Of a DNA stretch of 64,000 nucleotides, positions 11,976 to 23,899 are shown piece after piece. This DNA comes from Neoechinorhynchus agilis (taxonomy: Eukaryota > Animalia > Acanthocephala). The DNA is taken from contig CM121342.1 of assembly GCA_051530055.1 (NCBI GenBank), positions 9,315,480 through 9,379,479 on the forward strand, written 5' to 3'. Numbering within the stretch: the stretch's first letter is position 1; every line of letters starts with the position of its first letter. The notes beneath the pieces are model-generated. The model was given only the letters and a program-made list of their open reading frames with translations. It made no database searches and was not told where the DNA came from. Position numbers and translations under genes: made by a program.

Positions 11976-14600
11976 TGCCTTCACCAGTCGTTTTTGTAGG
12001 GAAAGTGTTCTCAATATTTTCGGAATATCATACTTGTCATGCTTTGGCTTCCTGACATGAATATCTAGGTTTTTTAATATATATCGCACATACACAACAC
12101 ACCAAAACACATAAACGTTATATAAACGATATTGTTCAATGACGTAAATTCGTCATCACTACATTTCTTCCCCTTGAAGATAACGGTGCTTTCGCCTTAT
12201 TCGTGTACTTCGCCGGAGCCCTAGTCCCTCGTTCACTTCTTTTCGTGCTTCTGATTCATCTTCGTTTCTTTCGCTTTGGTCATCTGGTAATCTAAATTCC
12301 TCATCGCTCATATTCCTTTCAGCTTCACTACTTTCCGTGCTCGATCTTTGTTCTGATTCTTGTCGCGTATTGCCTCTTTCCACTATCTGATCGCTTTCAT
12401 TTTCATTCTCGCCCCTCGTTAAATCTCCGCCTACCTCTTCATTGATATTTTGCTTTGAATCCTCCTGATCTCTTTTCCCAATCGTTCTTTTTCTCAATTG
12501 GTCGGCATGCATTCTCTTTTCCCCTCCAGTTGTTTGTACGACATAAGACAAAGGTCCATTCTGTTTCATTATGACGCCCTCTTTCCATTCTTTTTTAATA
12601 GTGTCTCTAACCCACACCTTATCGTCCGCCTTGTAATCTGTCAAAGTTGCACAATTCTTATCATGGTTCTGTTTTTGCAGTGTTTTCTTGTTGTTGGATG
12701 TCTTAATTGCACTCGGTTTTATATTATCCATCAGAGACGTTAAACGTCGACCCATCATCATTTCGGCTGGACTTTTTTGTGTTATGGTGTGCGGGGTGTT
12801 TCTATAGCACAGAAGAAAATTTTGCAGACTTCTTTGCTCGGGTCTTGTTCGTCGTTTTAGGGTCGCCACAAATCTCTCTGCCAGTCCATTTGTTTTAGGA
12901 TGGTAGATGAAACTCCTACAATGTGAGATTTCATTTTCATTACAAAACGTTCTGAACTCATTTGAGATGAACTGCGGTCCGTTATCAGATACGATTCATT
13001 AAGGGATTCCGAACCTAGGTAGCACCTCCCGCAGGCAATTGATGGTTGTTTGTGCCGTGAAACTTGGTTTCAACCATACCTCTGGCCATTTTGAGAACGC
13101 GTCGACTGCTACCAGAAAATACATACCATCCATGGGAGCCGCGAAATCCACATTAATTCTCTTCCCCATTGGAATAATGGTTGTTCTCGAGTATTTGGTC
13201 GTTGTCTCTGGCAATCGACACAGCATGCAACATGTCATTCGATGTCCTTACCCATTACCGGCCACCAAGAGTAATATCTTGCTAAGGCATCATTGCCTTC
13301 TCTCCTGGATGCCCTTAATGCAGCTTTTGTAAAACCTCGTTTCTTTGCGAAGCGGGGATCACCATCTGGTCGAGCCATAATAATACATCATTTTCCATTG
13401 ATAGCTCATCCTTGCGTTTCACAAAATCCGTATCTTCGGATTTCGGTTTTACTGGCCATCCGGATATCAGATAACGCTTTACTCGAGCTACTTGTGTATC
13501 TCTGATTGATTCCTCTTTTAGTCTTGCCAAGGATAAATTCAGGATTGTCGGTGTTTCCTCCCTGACGCGCGCTATATCCATCTCAGGTTCGTTTGAAAGA
13601 TCCGAATTAAGACTAATGGGCATTCGAGAAAGGACATCAGCGTAATAGTTATTGACATCGGCTACGTGCTTGACTTCATAATCGTATTCTGCCATTTGAA
13701 TCGCCCATCTTATCAACCTAGAGTTAGCGACCTTTCCCAGATTCTGTTGGCGTCCGAAAATGTACTCAAGGGGTTTGTGATCAGTATATAACTCAAACTT
13801 TCGATCAAACACAAAATCGTGGAAACGTTTCACGCCATATAGCAGCGCCAGGACTTCTTTTTCATTAAAATCTGGAATTTTTAATGCTGTTTTTACTATA
13901 ATTTTGCTTGTGTCAGTAGAATTGAGATTCGTTCTTTTTGTCAAATTCTTCCGTGTTTATATTTTTCAACCGTGATTTTTTGCATTATTTTAATGTTTTT
14001 AATTAAAATCTGGAATTTTTAATGCTGTTTTTACTATAATTTTGCTTAAAAGTGTCAGTGAAATTGGGATTCGTTCTTTTTGTCAAACTCTTCCGTGTTT
14101 ATACTTTTCATCCGTGAAGCAAAACATACAGGTTGCAGATCACCTTTTTCATTTATGTGGAATAACACGGTTCCAAGTCATAATTCACTAGCATCACATG
14201 CTAGTGCTATGCTTCTTTTCCGATCGTATGGAATCAATCCTCGCGGTCTTCTCAATGCTTCTTTGACTTTTTGAAACGCGTTCTGGTGGTCATCATTCCA
14301 TTGCCACGTTATACCTTTCTGTGTTAATTCATAAAGCGTGTTGCAGGATCGATGAAAATCGGCACAAAATCGTGCATGGAAATTTGCTAGACCTTGAAAA
14401 GCTCTCAAATCTTTAACATTCTTAGGTTCCGAAGCTTCTGCTAGTGCCAATACTTCCCAAATCAATCTTGTTCACATCCACGAGTTCCGCTAGAATTTTT
14501 AAACCAAACTATAACATCCCTGGTAGGCCAAACAACGATCGACCAGATGCTGGCACCACGACTGCGTCGACTATCTTCCATTTACTAGGAAATCATCCAT
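11976..14600 (-). mobile_element. Degenerate Mag-like Ty3/gypsy pol fragment with PPT and partial 3' LTR
   Basis: Protease tail (VVVPASGRSLFGLP), connection (PKNVKDLRAFQGLANFHARF), RNase H (CDAS; TDHKPL; ADVLSR), integrase (VDFAAP; YRNTPH), PPT AAGGGGAAGAAA (12164-12175), then LTR TGTAGTG from 12163. Confidence 0.85.
13865..14117. repeat. AT-rich tandem repeat (~138-bp unit, ~1.8 copies) interrupting RNase H
   Basis: Units start TTAAAATCTGGAATTTTTAATGCTG at 13865 and 14003, inserted between the codons for FASR and EKE. Confidence 0.85.
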
Positions 14601-14639
14601 GCGAGACTGTGGGACATAGTCTTCTTGTGTCAAAGCAGC

Positions 14640-15160
14640 TCTAACCCTTTCCTGGATAAGCAACGCAGCATCCCCTTTCTTGTCAAGCCCAGCGATATGA
14701 ACACCAATCACTTTCCATGTCCCACTCACTTTGGTCAACAAAGGGGTAGATGTTTTCGACACATAGGCCCACCCATGTGTAATCGGCAAGAACTCGGGCA
14801 ACGCCCTCAATCGTTATGGAATCGATAGGTCTCAGGCTTAACGCGATCATCCTTTTGATATGAGTAAAGTTGGCGTCAAAGAGAACCAACTCACCCTCAC
14901 CCTCGACCATGTCAATATCCTGATGACGAAGAATAGCATTAACATTCGTTGGGGACTGTCGAACTCCCTTAAGAATTTCGGGACATAATTATGTCGACTT
15001 CATGGAAGTGTATCAACACTGTGTCTAACCACAGAAACGACAACGAAAACCAAGTGCCTTCTTCTGGTATCAGATGTAGTGGAACAACTATGGTATGTGG
15101 CCCCACGGCGAACGCGTGACAATTGCCCACTTCCGTTGAGATTTTAGCGATAGATTTCGC
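14640..15160 (-). pseudogene. 3C-like cysteine protease (viral), frameshifted
   Basis: GNCHAFAVGPHTIVVPLH (His codon 15074-15076), DTVLIHF, DYTWVGLC (Cys 14761-14763), TPLLTKVSGTWKVIGVHIAG (GVHIAG 14688-14705). Confidence 0.8.
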
Positions 15161-16700
15161 CTAATTATTAATAATATCAATCAGAGAAAGATCAGCTTCT
15201 GGCTTCATGTGCTTCTTCATATGAACTTTGTTCGGAGGCGCCGCACGCCGTATCTGGCTTCTCTTCACTGGTTGAAACTCTTTTTCAGCGCCCGATAGCG
15301 CAGGAATAGTCTCCGGCTCCATGTGGAAGGGGATCACCCTATCGGATTCTTCCCAGTCGACCACATCTTCAGCTCGCTGCCATTTGGTCCGGAACCATCT
15401 CAAAAGGCAGTCACCGGCACAAAGCGACGTCAGGACTAGAAAAAAACCCAACCAAGAGCTTCTTCATACCCCCCATCATGCTACGGAGACCTTCTATGAA
15501 TTGGTTCTTCGCAGTCACCATGAACTCGAAGACCCTTCTGTCGAGGAAACCCTCCCATTTCTGTTTGCACCAGTCCCAAGCCTCTTTGAATCTATCCACG
15601 GAACTGGAAGCCTTATTTTGGAGAGGATGAAGAATGCAGTCTTCGAACAACATACGCACCCGGGCTAGAACGCACATCGGGGCGTCGTGAAGCGACGAAA
15701 AATTGACCTCCATTTTCTCATCATCGACAACCCAGACAAAACCAGGCCCATTCTTGACTCTGTGGCGCCACATCCCCCCTTGTAAACGGCCGATGTCCAC
15801 GTTAAGTGAACACAATCATGGAGCATCTTAAAGAACTCGATTCTAGGGGTCTGAAATGCCACAGCTTGCCATGATATAGAGCATTAAGATGTACTCTTGA
15901 TGTCTGTCGGCCTGGGGCTTGCATATCTGGTCAAATTCGTTCCATTTTATCCGGTATCCCGATGCACTTTGTATACGACCTGTAGGCCTCAGATGTTCCA
16001 CACATCTTCGACTGTAAAGTCCCGACACGGCTTCAGTTCATGGACCTCATCCTTCTGAGACTCGTCCCACATGATTCCGTGCTTTTCGGCCATGGACAGG
16101 AGATACTTTTCATTTTCGAGTTCCTTTTTGTTGAGTTCTACCTCCTCGTGTGTTGGGAGCTTCTTTTTAATACGGCCACTGGAGTCCCGATAGTGTCGAC
16201 CTGCTTGTTCCCCATTTGCGGTTTATAAATAACCCTCGCGCTGTCTATGCTGGCTTCTTCTAAACCGCCCTGTTTTAGAGGTCGGCTGACATGATAAAGG
16301 ATCCGGTCCGGTAACCAACATATTGCAACTTCCACTTCGTGCACTCACACCATCTTTGACCCCACAGGTCACGTAGAGGTCTTGGTAGTACTTCTGATGC
16401 GTTCTGTGGTCGACAATATGTTGGCCTATGCGCCACCCAGCGGACCCACCATGAGGTGATGCGTAGTTGTTGTTGCAGTCCGAGCATGCCATGCGTTTTG
16501 ATTCACACAAAGCGCATCTGACCTGGGCATCTTTGAACTAAAGAGTTTTTTGGGTTTCCCCCATCTCGGACATAATAACTTTGATCCTGTTTATTCGCTG
16601 CTCGTCGTCATGAACATTCGCCATCAAAGCCGACTGAGAGGATTTACGCAGGAAACAAAGTGCTACATATGCCACGAATTCATCATAATTGTAGGTTTGG

Positions 16701-17150
16701 CTACCAATACGAAACTAGCGATTCCTTATTGTAGCCACCGGGGAGAATAGTACCTACTCGTTTCAATTCAGCTTGAATATCAATTCGCCTCTTAAGCGCA
16801 TCGGTATTCGTCAAAACGTCACCAACAACACCAGTCAGCCCATTGAACGCCGCGTTTGATGTGATATATACGAAATCAGAGCTAAAGAACAGCGTGCCCT
16901 TTGCTGAGCACTCGGCCACATTCAAAGGATAAGCTGTCTCGTCACCCATTCGTATAACATTCAATACTTCATTGAGGACAATCGAGCGGTGACGAGCCTG
17001 CAACTCAAAAACGCGTTGATAATTGTAAGTGTCGAAATACGAGCTATTCGGATTATAGCTGTATTTGTCCACTGAAGCGCTATAAGGCAGGGGTCACAAT
17101 GCCGCATACACATCATGGAAAAGATGGTCTACCAATACCGATTTACCTAG
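16701..17150 (-). pseudogene. 2C-like SF3 RNA helicase (viral), partial
   Basis: In one frame: LGKSVLVDHL (Walker A end, 17139-17147), one TGA, then YSYNPNSSYFDTYNYQRV, YPLNVAECSAKGTLFFSSDFVYITSN (motif C) and DALKRRIDI. Walker B acidic residues appear deleted. Confidence 0.9.
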
Positions 17151-19240
17151 GATCGTACCGATTCATAATAGAACAAGAGCGTTAACAGAGGCTTCGTCTC
17201 CTAGTAACGCGAAGGAATTGAGGAGTTTCATCGGACTGGCAAACTTTCACGTTCGATTCTATCCGAAGTTCCAAGAGCTATGTTCACCGCTGAACGAACT
17301 AACGGGATCGAGATCCCAATGGGAATGGAAAGCGCGTCTTGGGAAGGCCTTTGTTGAGCTAAAAAAAGTATTTACGAAATCCTAGAGGATTAATTCAATT
17401 CGATCACAAAAAGGAAGTTGCACTAGTTTGCGACGCGAACAGAGATCAACGATTTGGTGCCGATATCGTTCGCTTCACGCGTCCTCACCAAAGCAGAGAA
17501 AAACTGTTCGCAAATCGAAAAGGAAGCGCTTGCATTAATTTATGGCGTAAAAAAATACCATGATTATCTGTATGGGAGGTGTTTTACCATGTTCACGGAT
17601 CACAAGCCATTGCAGTTTATTTTCGGTCGAAATCGAGTTCTGTCCAAGGTAGCCAACTCTCGCATCGTTCGCTGGGCTCTTGAATTGTCATAACCCGATG
17701 TAAGGGAGCGAGTTTACTATATAACGCATGAGAACGAAGCCGCTCTGGATCTCAACGATACAAATTTAAGAGAATGCAAGAAAACAGATAAGCAAATGCC
17801 AAAGGTGAAGAGATTTTTAACATTACGATGGCCAGTCGCGGTGGAAGCGATGGATATAGCTTTTTGGAGGCGCCGGGCAGAATTATCTGTACAAGGCAGC
17901 GTCATAATTTGGTTGGACCGAATAGTGATTTTGAAGGCTCTGTGACGAAACGTATTATCGAAATTGTACGAAGGACATCCTGGCATTGCAGCGATGAAAG
18001 CTCTTGCTCGCTATTATTGTCGATGGCCAGGAATGGATCAGAACATCGAAAAGCACATCAACAGATGTTATGAGTGTCAATCCAGGAGACCGGCACTGAG
18101 GGGGATGCCACTATTCTCTTGGGAACCATCATGCGAGCCTTGGAAGAGGATCCATCTAGACTTTGCCGGGCCGATCAGCGGCTCGATGTACATGATAGCG
18201 ATAGACGCGTTTTCTAGGTGGCCCGAAGTATAGATGCGACTTTCATTCAATGCCAGAAACACAATCGAGTGTTTAAAGGAAGCATTTGCCCGCTGGGGAG
18301 TACCAGAACGGACAGTCACGGATAATGGGCCTCAGTTTGTGGCAGGAGAGCTCTCAGAGTTCTGTGGAAAGAATGGGATTACCCATTGTCGCAGCTCGTT
18401 CTATCACCCGAGGATCAACGGACTGGCTAAGCGATTCGTTGGAACGTTGAAAGGCAGAACAAGTGCTGGCATCAATAGCCTCCATAAGATGGTTTTGCTT
18501 ACCGCAACACTTGTAACGCGCTCACAGGCCAGTCACCGTCACAAATGATGATGGGACGGCGAATCCCGATATTGTTCGACAATTTGAAGCCAACACCTGC
18601 GAAGACCGAGGGGTAAAAACGGAGGAATGAAAAATGTCACCACGACCAAAAGGCCAGAAGATTCGAGGAATTCGATGGTAAGAGCGCAGTCTAGTACCCC
18701 GATGGTCGCCAAGAGAGATGGATACAAGCGTTGATACAGGAAAGAAAAGGCCCACTGTCGTACAAAACAGAGACAACCAGGGGATCATGAAAGCTCACGC
18801 CGATCATTTAAGGCACAGGGAGAGTGAATACTCCGAGCAGGAATACAATAAGCCCGCCGAGGAACAGGAGGCACGAAGTCAGTCTCAGTAGTGTGGAAAT
18901 GGCACAACGAGAGAAGCACGAAAGGACGACGGATGAACTCGGCGAATTAAACGACCCTGGGGATGCGAAGAATGAGGAGAATGTATCGGTGTATCATAAG
19001 GAAGAGAAGGTTCTTCAACCTAGGCGAAGCACTCGGATACGGTCGAAGCCCATCAGACCTCATGATGTTTTCCTTAAGCAAAAAGAAAATGGGGACGAAC
19101 GTCATGTATGATTGATATTGCGCACAATCCGCTAAGCGATATTAATGCGCAACGTGCCATTAACGTGATAGAGCAAACAGGGGGTGTGCATTTTGTTCGA
19201 AGGTTTTACTAAAAAGGTTACTCATGTCAGTTTTAAGGAG
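17151..19240 (+). mobile_element. Degenerate Mag-like Ty3/gypsy pol fragment (connection, RNase H, integrase, probable LTR start)
   Basis: FASRVLTKAEKNCSQIEKEALA, TDHKPL, HPGIAAMKALAR..C..C, IHLDFAGP, TDNGPQF. Confidence 0.85.
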
Positions 19241-19249
19241 GCCAACATT

Positions 19250-19840
19250 CTATAACCCGTAAATGTGACCAATATCGCACAATGCATACCGCTAACCTCC
19301 CCTAAAGACTGGGTTCATATAAACATGGCCAGAAAGATTTTTCTCTCCAAAAAAGGAAAGGCCATTTCAGCAGCGGACGATGTGTGTCCAATTTCCATTC
19401 AAAACTCTCTCGTTACCCAGCATAAGGTGGATTTTGGAAAAGCGGCATTCTTATCCAGCGAATCGGATCTAAGAAGAAAACTGATTCTTGAGACCATTCA
19501 CATCCGGCGAAATCCAACGATGGAAGGCAACAAATCAAACCACACTCTGGTGCTACCAAAGTTGCGTAGTACGACGAACCAATTAGTCGGCAACAAACCG
19601 CAGGTGTGTGCGGATCGAAAACCTGCGGATCTGAGCTACATCCAGACATGACCTGCTATGCATGCTGTTTATGTCATCTCCATTTTAGATAGAGACTAAA
19701 GAGGCAAGGAAAATCTTGTGAAATATTTCGCAAATAAATGAGTAACGACAACACCGGGGACAGGATTCGCCAACGTATAATCAAATTTACCCCGAGGGCA
19801 ATGACATATGCCATTTAGGAAAATGGTGGTTTGCATTCTT
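19250..19840 (+). mobile_element. Chimera of LINE RT fragment (~19250-19415) and PLE family C 3' end with degenerate hammerhead (~19692-19731)
   Basis: RKIFLSKK..DVCPISIQNSLV resembles the LINE at 2201-2782. The rest is similar to 21345-21680. The HHR core is mutated (CTAAAGA). Confidence 0.75.
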
Positions 19841-20439
19841 GTGCTAGAACCCTCACCATTAGCGTCTCGCGTCTCGCATGGCATTTAAGAAGGCTGCTTC
19901 ACGAAGTCCACGCTGATTTGGCTGAGGCGCTTTTCAAACTATGAATAGATGTTGGGGAAGTGAGAGAGCAGCGCACAGAAAAGTTCATCAAGGATGAATT
20001 TTGGACGGAATCTAACGTTACTGATGCACATTTTGTAAATAAAAAATTGACAATTTGGTGAATATCAATCAAATAAGACAGTTACGAAACTCTTATACAA
20101 TCTAATTAGCAAAGAACTATGGTCGATAAACCAGTGATTTAACGGATCTTTGGAGCAATAATAAGAGAACTTCGTGTTAAGAAAATGGTTGAAGAATTGA
20201 ACAAGCAATTGGCGATAATCGATTGCAACGCTAAAATGCAATGCAGCTACAGAAAATCTCTAAAAACTAGCGTTTGGAAAAAACTAAGAAACATTTAGGA
20301 AAATTTGATTTATGACTGAAATCTAAAACACTTTTAGGTTTACACAGCGGAGTTTGATATCAGCTACAAGGCAGCCTCGTAATAAATTCTCCAACAACTG
20401 AGAGTCAATTGATTATAATAATTATGATCACAATGAAGA

Positions 20440-20940
20440 ACATTAATCGAAAAACGACGTTTCCAATGATTTCAAAATGTTACTCGCCTCCAAGCTCCAA
20501 AGTTATACGATTCATCAGCGAACAAAACAGAGCGTTGCGAGGAACAAATTTGCAGCCATAGAAAACGGACGGGGATCTGGAAGGTATAAAAAACGGCAGA
20601 ATTCTGATCCTTTTATTTATTTGGCGCGCGTTTAAATATTTGAACAATGAATTATCTTTTCAACATAAATACTTGTTGTCATTTTTTAAAAATCAATCTA
20701 TTAAAAGTAGTCTACTTTCTCTGTCTTAAATTAACGGCGATTTTATTGGTTTTCTGTTTTTTTACACAAGAAATGTTCATTATTAGACCTACGGGCAGTT
20801 CTAAGTTTAATAGAATCAAAAAATTTACAATCAATTTTTAAAGCTGGCAGCATATAAAAATGGTTTTTTAATCGAACGTATCGATCGGTACCGTAAATTA
20901 AAACGTTAAAGCCCACTGCATTCAAAAAATTAAAAATCGG
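20440..20940 (+). repeat. Dispersed AT-rich repeat (inverse copy of 4360-4850)
   Basis: Shared blocks, e.g. ggcgcgcgtttaaatattt and aaagctggcagcatataaaaatgg. Confidence 0.7.
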
Positions 20941-20959
20941 ATACCATGCTGACCAACGT

Positions 20960-21100
20960 TCATTGGTTTGCGGTGTGTGGCAAATAAATTCACAGAAGAC
21001 GTCTCTGTCATCCTTCATCCAACTGATTACAGTCTCAAATGTTGGCGAGGATCCAACTTTATAATCATTTATTCGGTCCATCCAAGTGATGGCCACATTT
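20960..21100 (-). pseudogene. Possible BTB-BACK (kelch-like) gene fragment
   Basis: TFETVISWMKDDRD resembles the BACK motif VFEAVIxWxKHD. The match is short. Confidence 0.3.
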
Positions 21101-21344
21101 TATCTCACTGAAATCGCACCCAATCCTCCCAGTGAACATTTTGCACAAAAATTTGCTTTCCGCCTTAAAATCTTAAGGTAATTTAATATTTGGTAGACGC
21201 AAAAGTGAAAAGGAAACCATCGATTTTAATGGAATCGTTAAGATGAGGATGCCCCGTTTATTGAAAAGCTAAAATTGATTTTTCTTTGCCTTCTGTAGCC
21301 GTTTAAACATTGTTAGAGATTGAGGAAGCTGTGCGTGTCAATAG

Positions 21345-22600
21345 AAAATTATAATTGTGCGTTGGCGAATCCTTTCCCCGGTGTTTTCGTTAATCATTTA
21401 TTTTAGAAATATTTCGCAAGGTTTTCCTTGCCTTTTCAGTCTATCTAAAATGGAGGACGTAGACAGCATGCACAGCCGGTCACGTCTGCATGTAGCTCAG
21501 ATCCGCGGGTTTGCTAATACCCGAAGTGTGGGGAGTTCCATCCGCACACACCTCTTGCGGTTTGTTGCCACGCAACTTTGGTAGCACCAGCGTGTGGTTT
21601 GATTTATTACCTTCCATCGTCGGATTTCCCCGGATGTGAATGGCCTCAAGAATTTGTCTTCTTCTAAGGTCCGGTTCGCTGGTTATGAATCTCGCCTTTT
21701 CAAAATCCACCCTGTGCTGGATTGTTTGCTGGTGGTTCGAGATTGCTGAGGATTTGTCAAATGTCCTGCAAGCTTGCTTATGCTGCGAAATCCGTTTCCT
21801 GATCCCTTGCATGGTTTGTCCAATGTAGACCTTTGGGCATTCTGCACATGGGATTTTGTATATCCCTGATTTGGTCTCTTGCATGGTTTGCCTCTTGAGA
21901 ATACCTGCAATGGATGCACCAGTTTGTTGTAGATCAAAAGATTTGGAGCGAGGTAGTTGAGGCGCCTCAGTTTTTCGGTCGCGTTGTCACTTATGTGGTT
22001 AAAGCCAGTGTTTTTGAGGGAGATGCTTGCGGTATCCTTCTTCTTGCGATGGCCGCTATGTGTTGCCTTTTTCAGACTGATTTTGATGGCATATTCAGGG
22101 AAGCCTCGTGATCTAAGAACTTTCGTGATACTTTGTTTTTCTTCTTATCAATCCCTGCTTTCTGAAGAAATCATCCTGGCCCTCTTGAAGTAGGACGTTG
22201 CCGCTGTTATTTTATAGTGGAACGGTTGGTGACTCGACGAGTGAAGTGGACCCCATGCTATACCTGGTTTGCGGTAGAGTTGTGTTTTGATGTTGCCTTT
22301 ATCATCGTGTTTTATCTTTACGTCCAAAAAGGAGATAGCCCCCTCTTCATCTTCCTGAGTCATTGACCACTGGATGCTTGGATCCTCCATGTTGAGTGGA
22401 ATGCTTAGGTCTCCCTTGCTCGTTTCATCATCAGTGACTATGAACACGTCGTCAACATAGCGATACCACTTTTTGATGTTGGGTTGCTTCTTCAAGTTGT
22501 TTTCCCATCTTCTCATGTAGAGATCAGCTAGAGTGGGTGCCAGAGATTGCAACTCCGTCGCGTTGTTCATAGAAAACTTGATCGAATTCAAAAACGGTCT
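21345..22600 (-). mobile_element. Penelope-like element (RT + GIY-YIG + pLTR; family C), 5'-truncated
   Basis: PTLADLYM, WYRYVDDVF, ISFLDV, LYRKP; GIYKIPCAECPKVYIGQT. Confidence 0.92.
21404..21443 (-). ncRNA. Minimal type I hammerhead (PLE family C), core G8>A
   Basis: TAGA-CTGAAAA-G-GCAAGG-AAAA-CCTTGC-GAAA-TA-T-T-TCTA. Confidence 0.75.
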
Positions 22601-23027
22601 TGCATGTGCACCACTGCAGTAGAGTTATCCACGTTTTATGATCAAGGCGCGGTTCTTCGCATTGATTGTGTAGAAGTTCAGCTGCTTCTTGAGGACTCTA
22701 CGGAAAAATAACTAGATTACTGAGCACTTTCATCAACAGACGAGGTCTTCTACAGCCAGGGCTTCAGCCGGACAAGAAGGGATAGACTAAAATTTAATGA
22801 TGAAAACAATAGCGGCTTGCCAGTAAAAACTTAAAATAGATTGTAATGAGTGTGATGAGGGAGTATAAAAACGCCTCCTGTCTATTTGTTTGCCGCCCTC
22901 CACAAGCGATTGCACGTTGGTGCGCGTTTGACTCGATTTTCACCCTTTAAACGCAATTGGTTCTAACGTTTGAATTTACGGCGCCGATTGGTCAATCGGA
23001 CTGAAAAAACCATTTTTATATGCTGCC

Positions 23028-23351
23028 GGGGCCCAGTGGCCGTGCGGTGTGCGCGTTCATAATGCGCTCGATATGTCGCTGGTTCAAATCCACTGGTCGC
23101 TAGGTTCCACGGGGGCTCGAGGCTGCTGGAAGGGTGGGGTCAGGTTTTAGATCACCCATGGGCCCCAAAAGTGGGTTGTCCCTCCCTTCGAGTGCGGCTA
23201 AGTGCATACGATGTGTGCAAGTCAGCCGAAAGGCTCCCAAAAACAAAAAGGAATATAGCCGAAAAAGCCCAAAAGAGGATATCGCAAGACCAATCAATCA
23301 ATCTGAAGAACATAACCTTGCGTATGTCTGACTGTAAGGATAAATGAAAAA
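23028..23351 (+). mobile_element. tRNA-derived SINE (324 bp) with 10-bp TSD
   Basis: A-box-like TGGCCGTGCGG; anticodon-like arm GCGCG-TTCATAA-TGCGC (CAT); B box GGTTCAAATCC; A-rich tail. TSD ATATGCTGCC at 23018-23027 and 23352-23361. The empty site is visible in the repeat copy near 20840-20865. Confidence 0.85.
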
Positions 23352-23459
23352 ATATGCTGCCAGCCCTAAAAATCGGTTCCTGTAGGCTGAGAAAGTCTGA
23401 GGGTCGAGAACAATCTCGTTACATAGATGAGTCAGTTGATTTCACCATAACACTAACCG

Positions 23460-23740
23460 GATAATCACGTTTCCAATAATTTCAGATTATTACTCACGTG
23501 CACTGTGGTACGAAGGTAGTACAAATCAACCATCAGCTCCAAATTCGCTCGATCCACCGGAGAACAAAACAGAGCGATGGGAGGAACAAGAGAGCAAAGA
23601 TAGAGAACGGACGGCGATTTGGAAGGTACCAAAAACGACAGAATTCTATTCCCCGCAATGTTTTGGCGCGCGTTTAAGTATTTGTCGTCATTTTTTAAAA
23701 TTTTTTTTTGTAAAAAGTAGCCATGTAGTCTGCTTGCTCA
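23460..23740 (+). repeat. Dispersed AT-rich repeat copy
   Basis: Homologous to the reverse complement of ~4520-4830. Confidence 0.7.
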
Positions 23741-23899
23741 AAGTCTTTTTAGTGGTAGTTTTACGTGGATGCGGCGAGTGTCGGCTATCGCAATGGCTAA
23801 TGCCCAAATTAATATGATTTGCTCAATGTTTGTAGACCTAAATAGATAATTAGGCCGTTTTCCCTTTCTGGCACAGTCCGAGGTGTTGTCTTCTACTCG

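Larger units (their letters stand above)
14600..17150 (-). other. Endogenous viral element from a picorna-like (+)ssRNA virus (helicase - 3A/VPg-like - 3C-like protease), degraded
   Basis: SF3 helicase and chymotrypsin-like cysteine protease motifs occur in Picornavirales order. No introns seen; multiple stops and frameshifts. Confidence 0.85.

Noticed and set aside
11960-11995. Hammerhead-like CTGGTGAAGG...CCGAAAATT on the minus strand (also a partial at ~4905-4930)
   Set aside because: The core is non-canonical, stem I does not pair, and it straddles a junction between a gypsy LTR and PLE RT codons (TENSKHEIPFLD).
23290-23335. CTGAAGA followed by a hairpin in the SINE tail as a hammerhead
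   Set aside because: No GAAA after the stem and no stem I or III.
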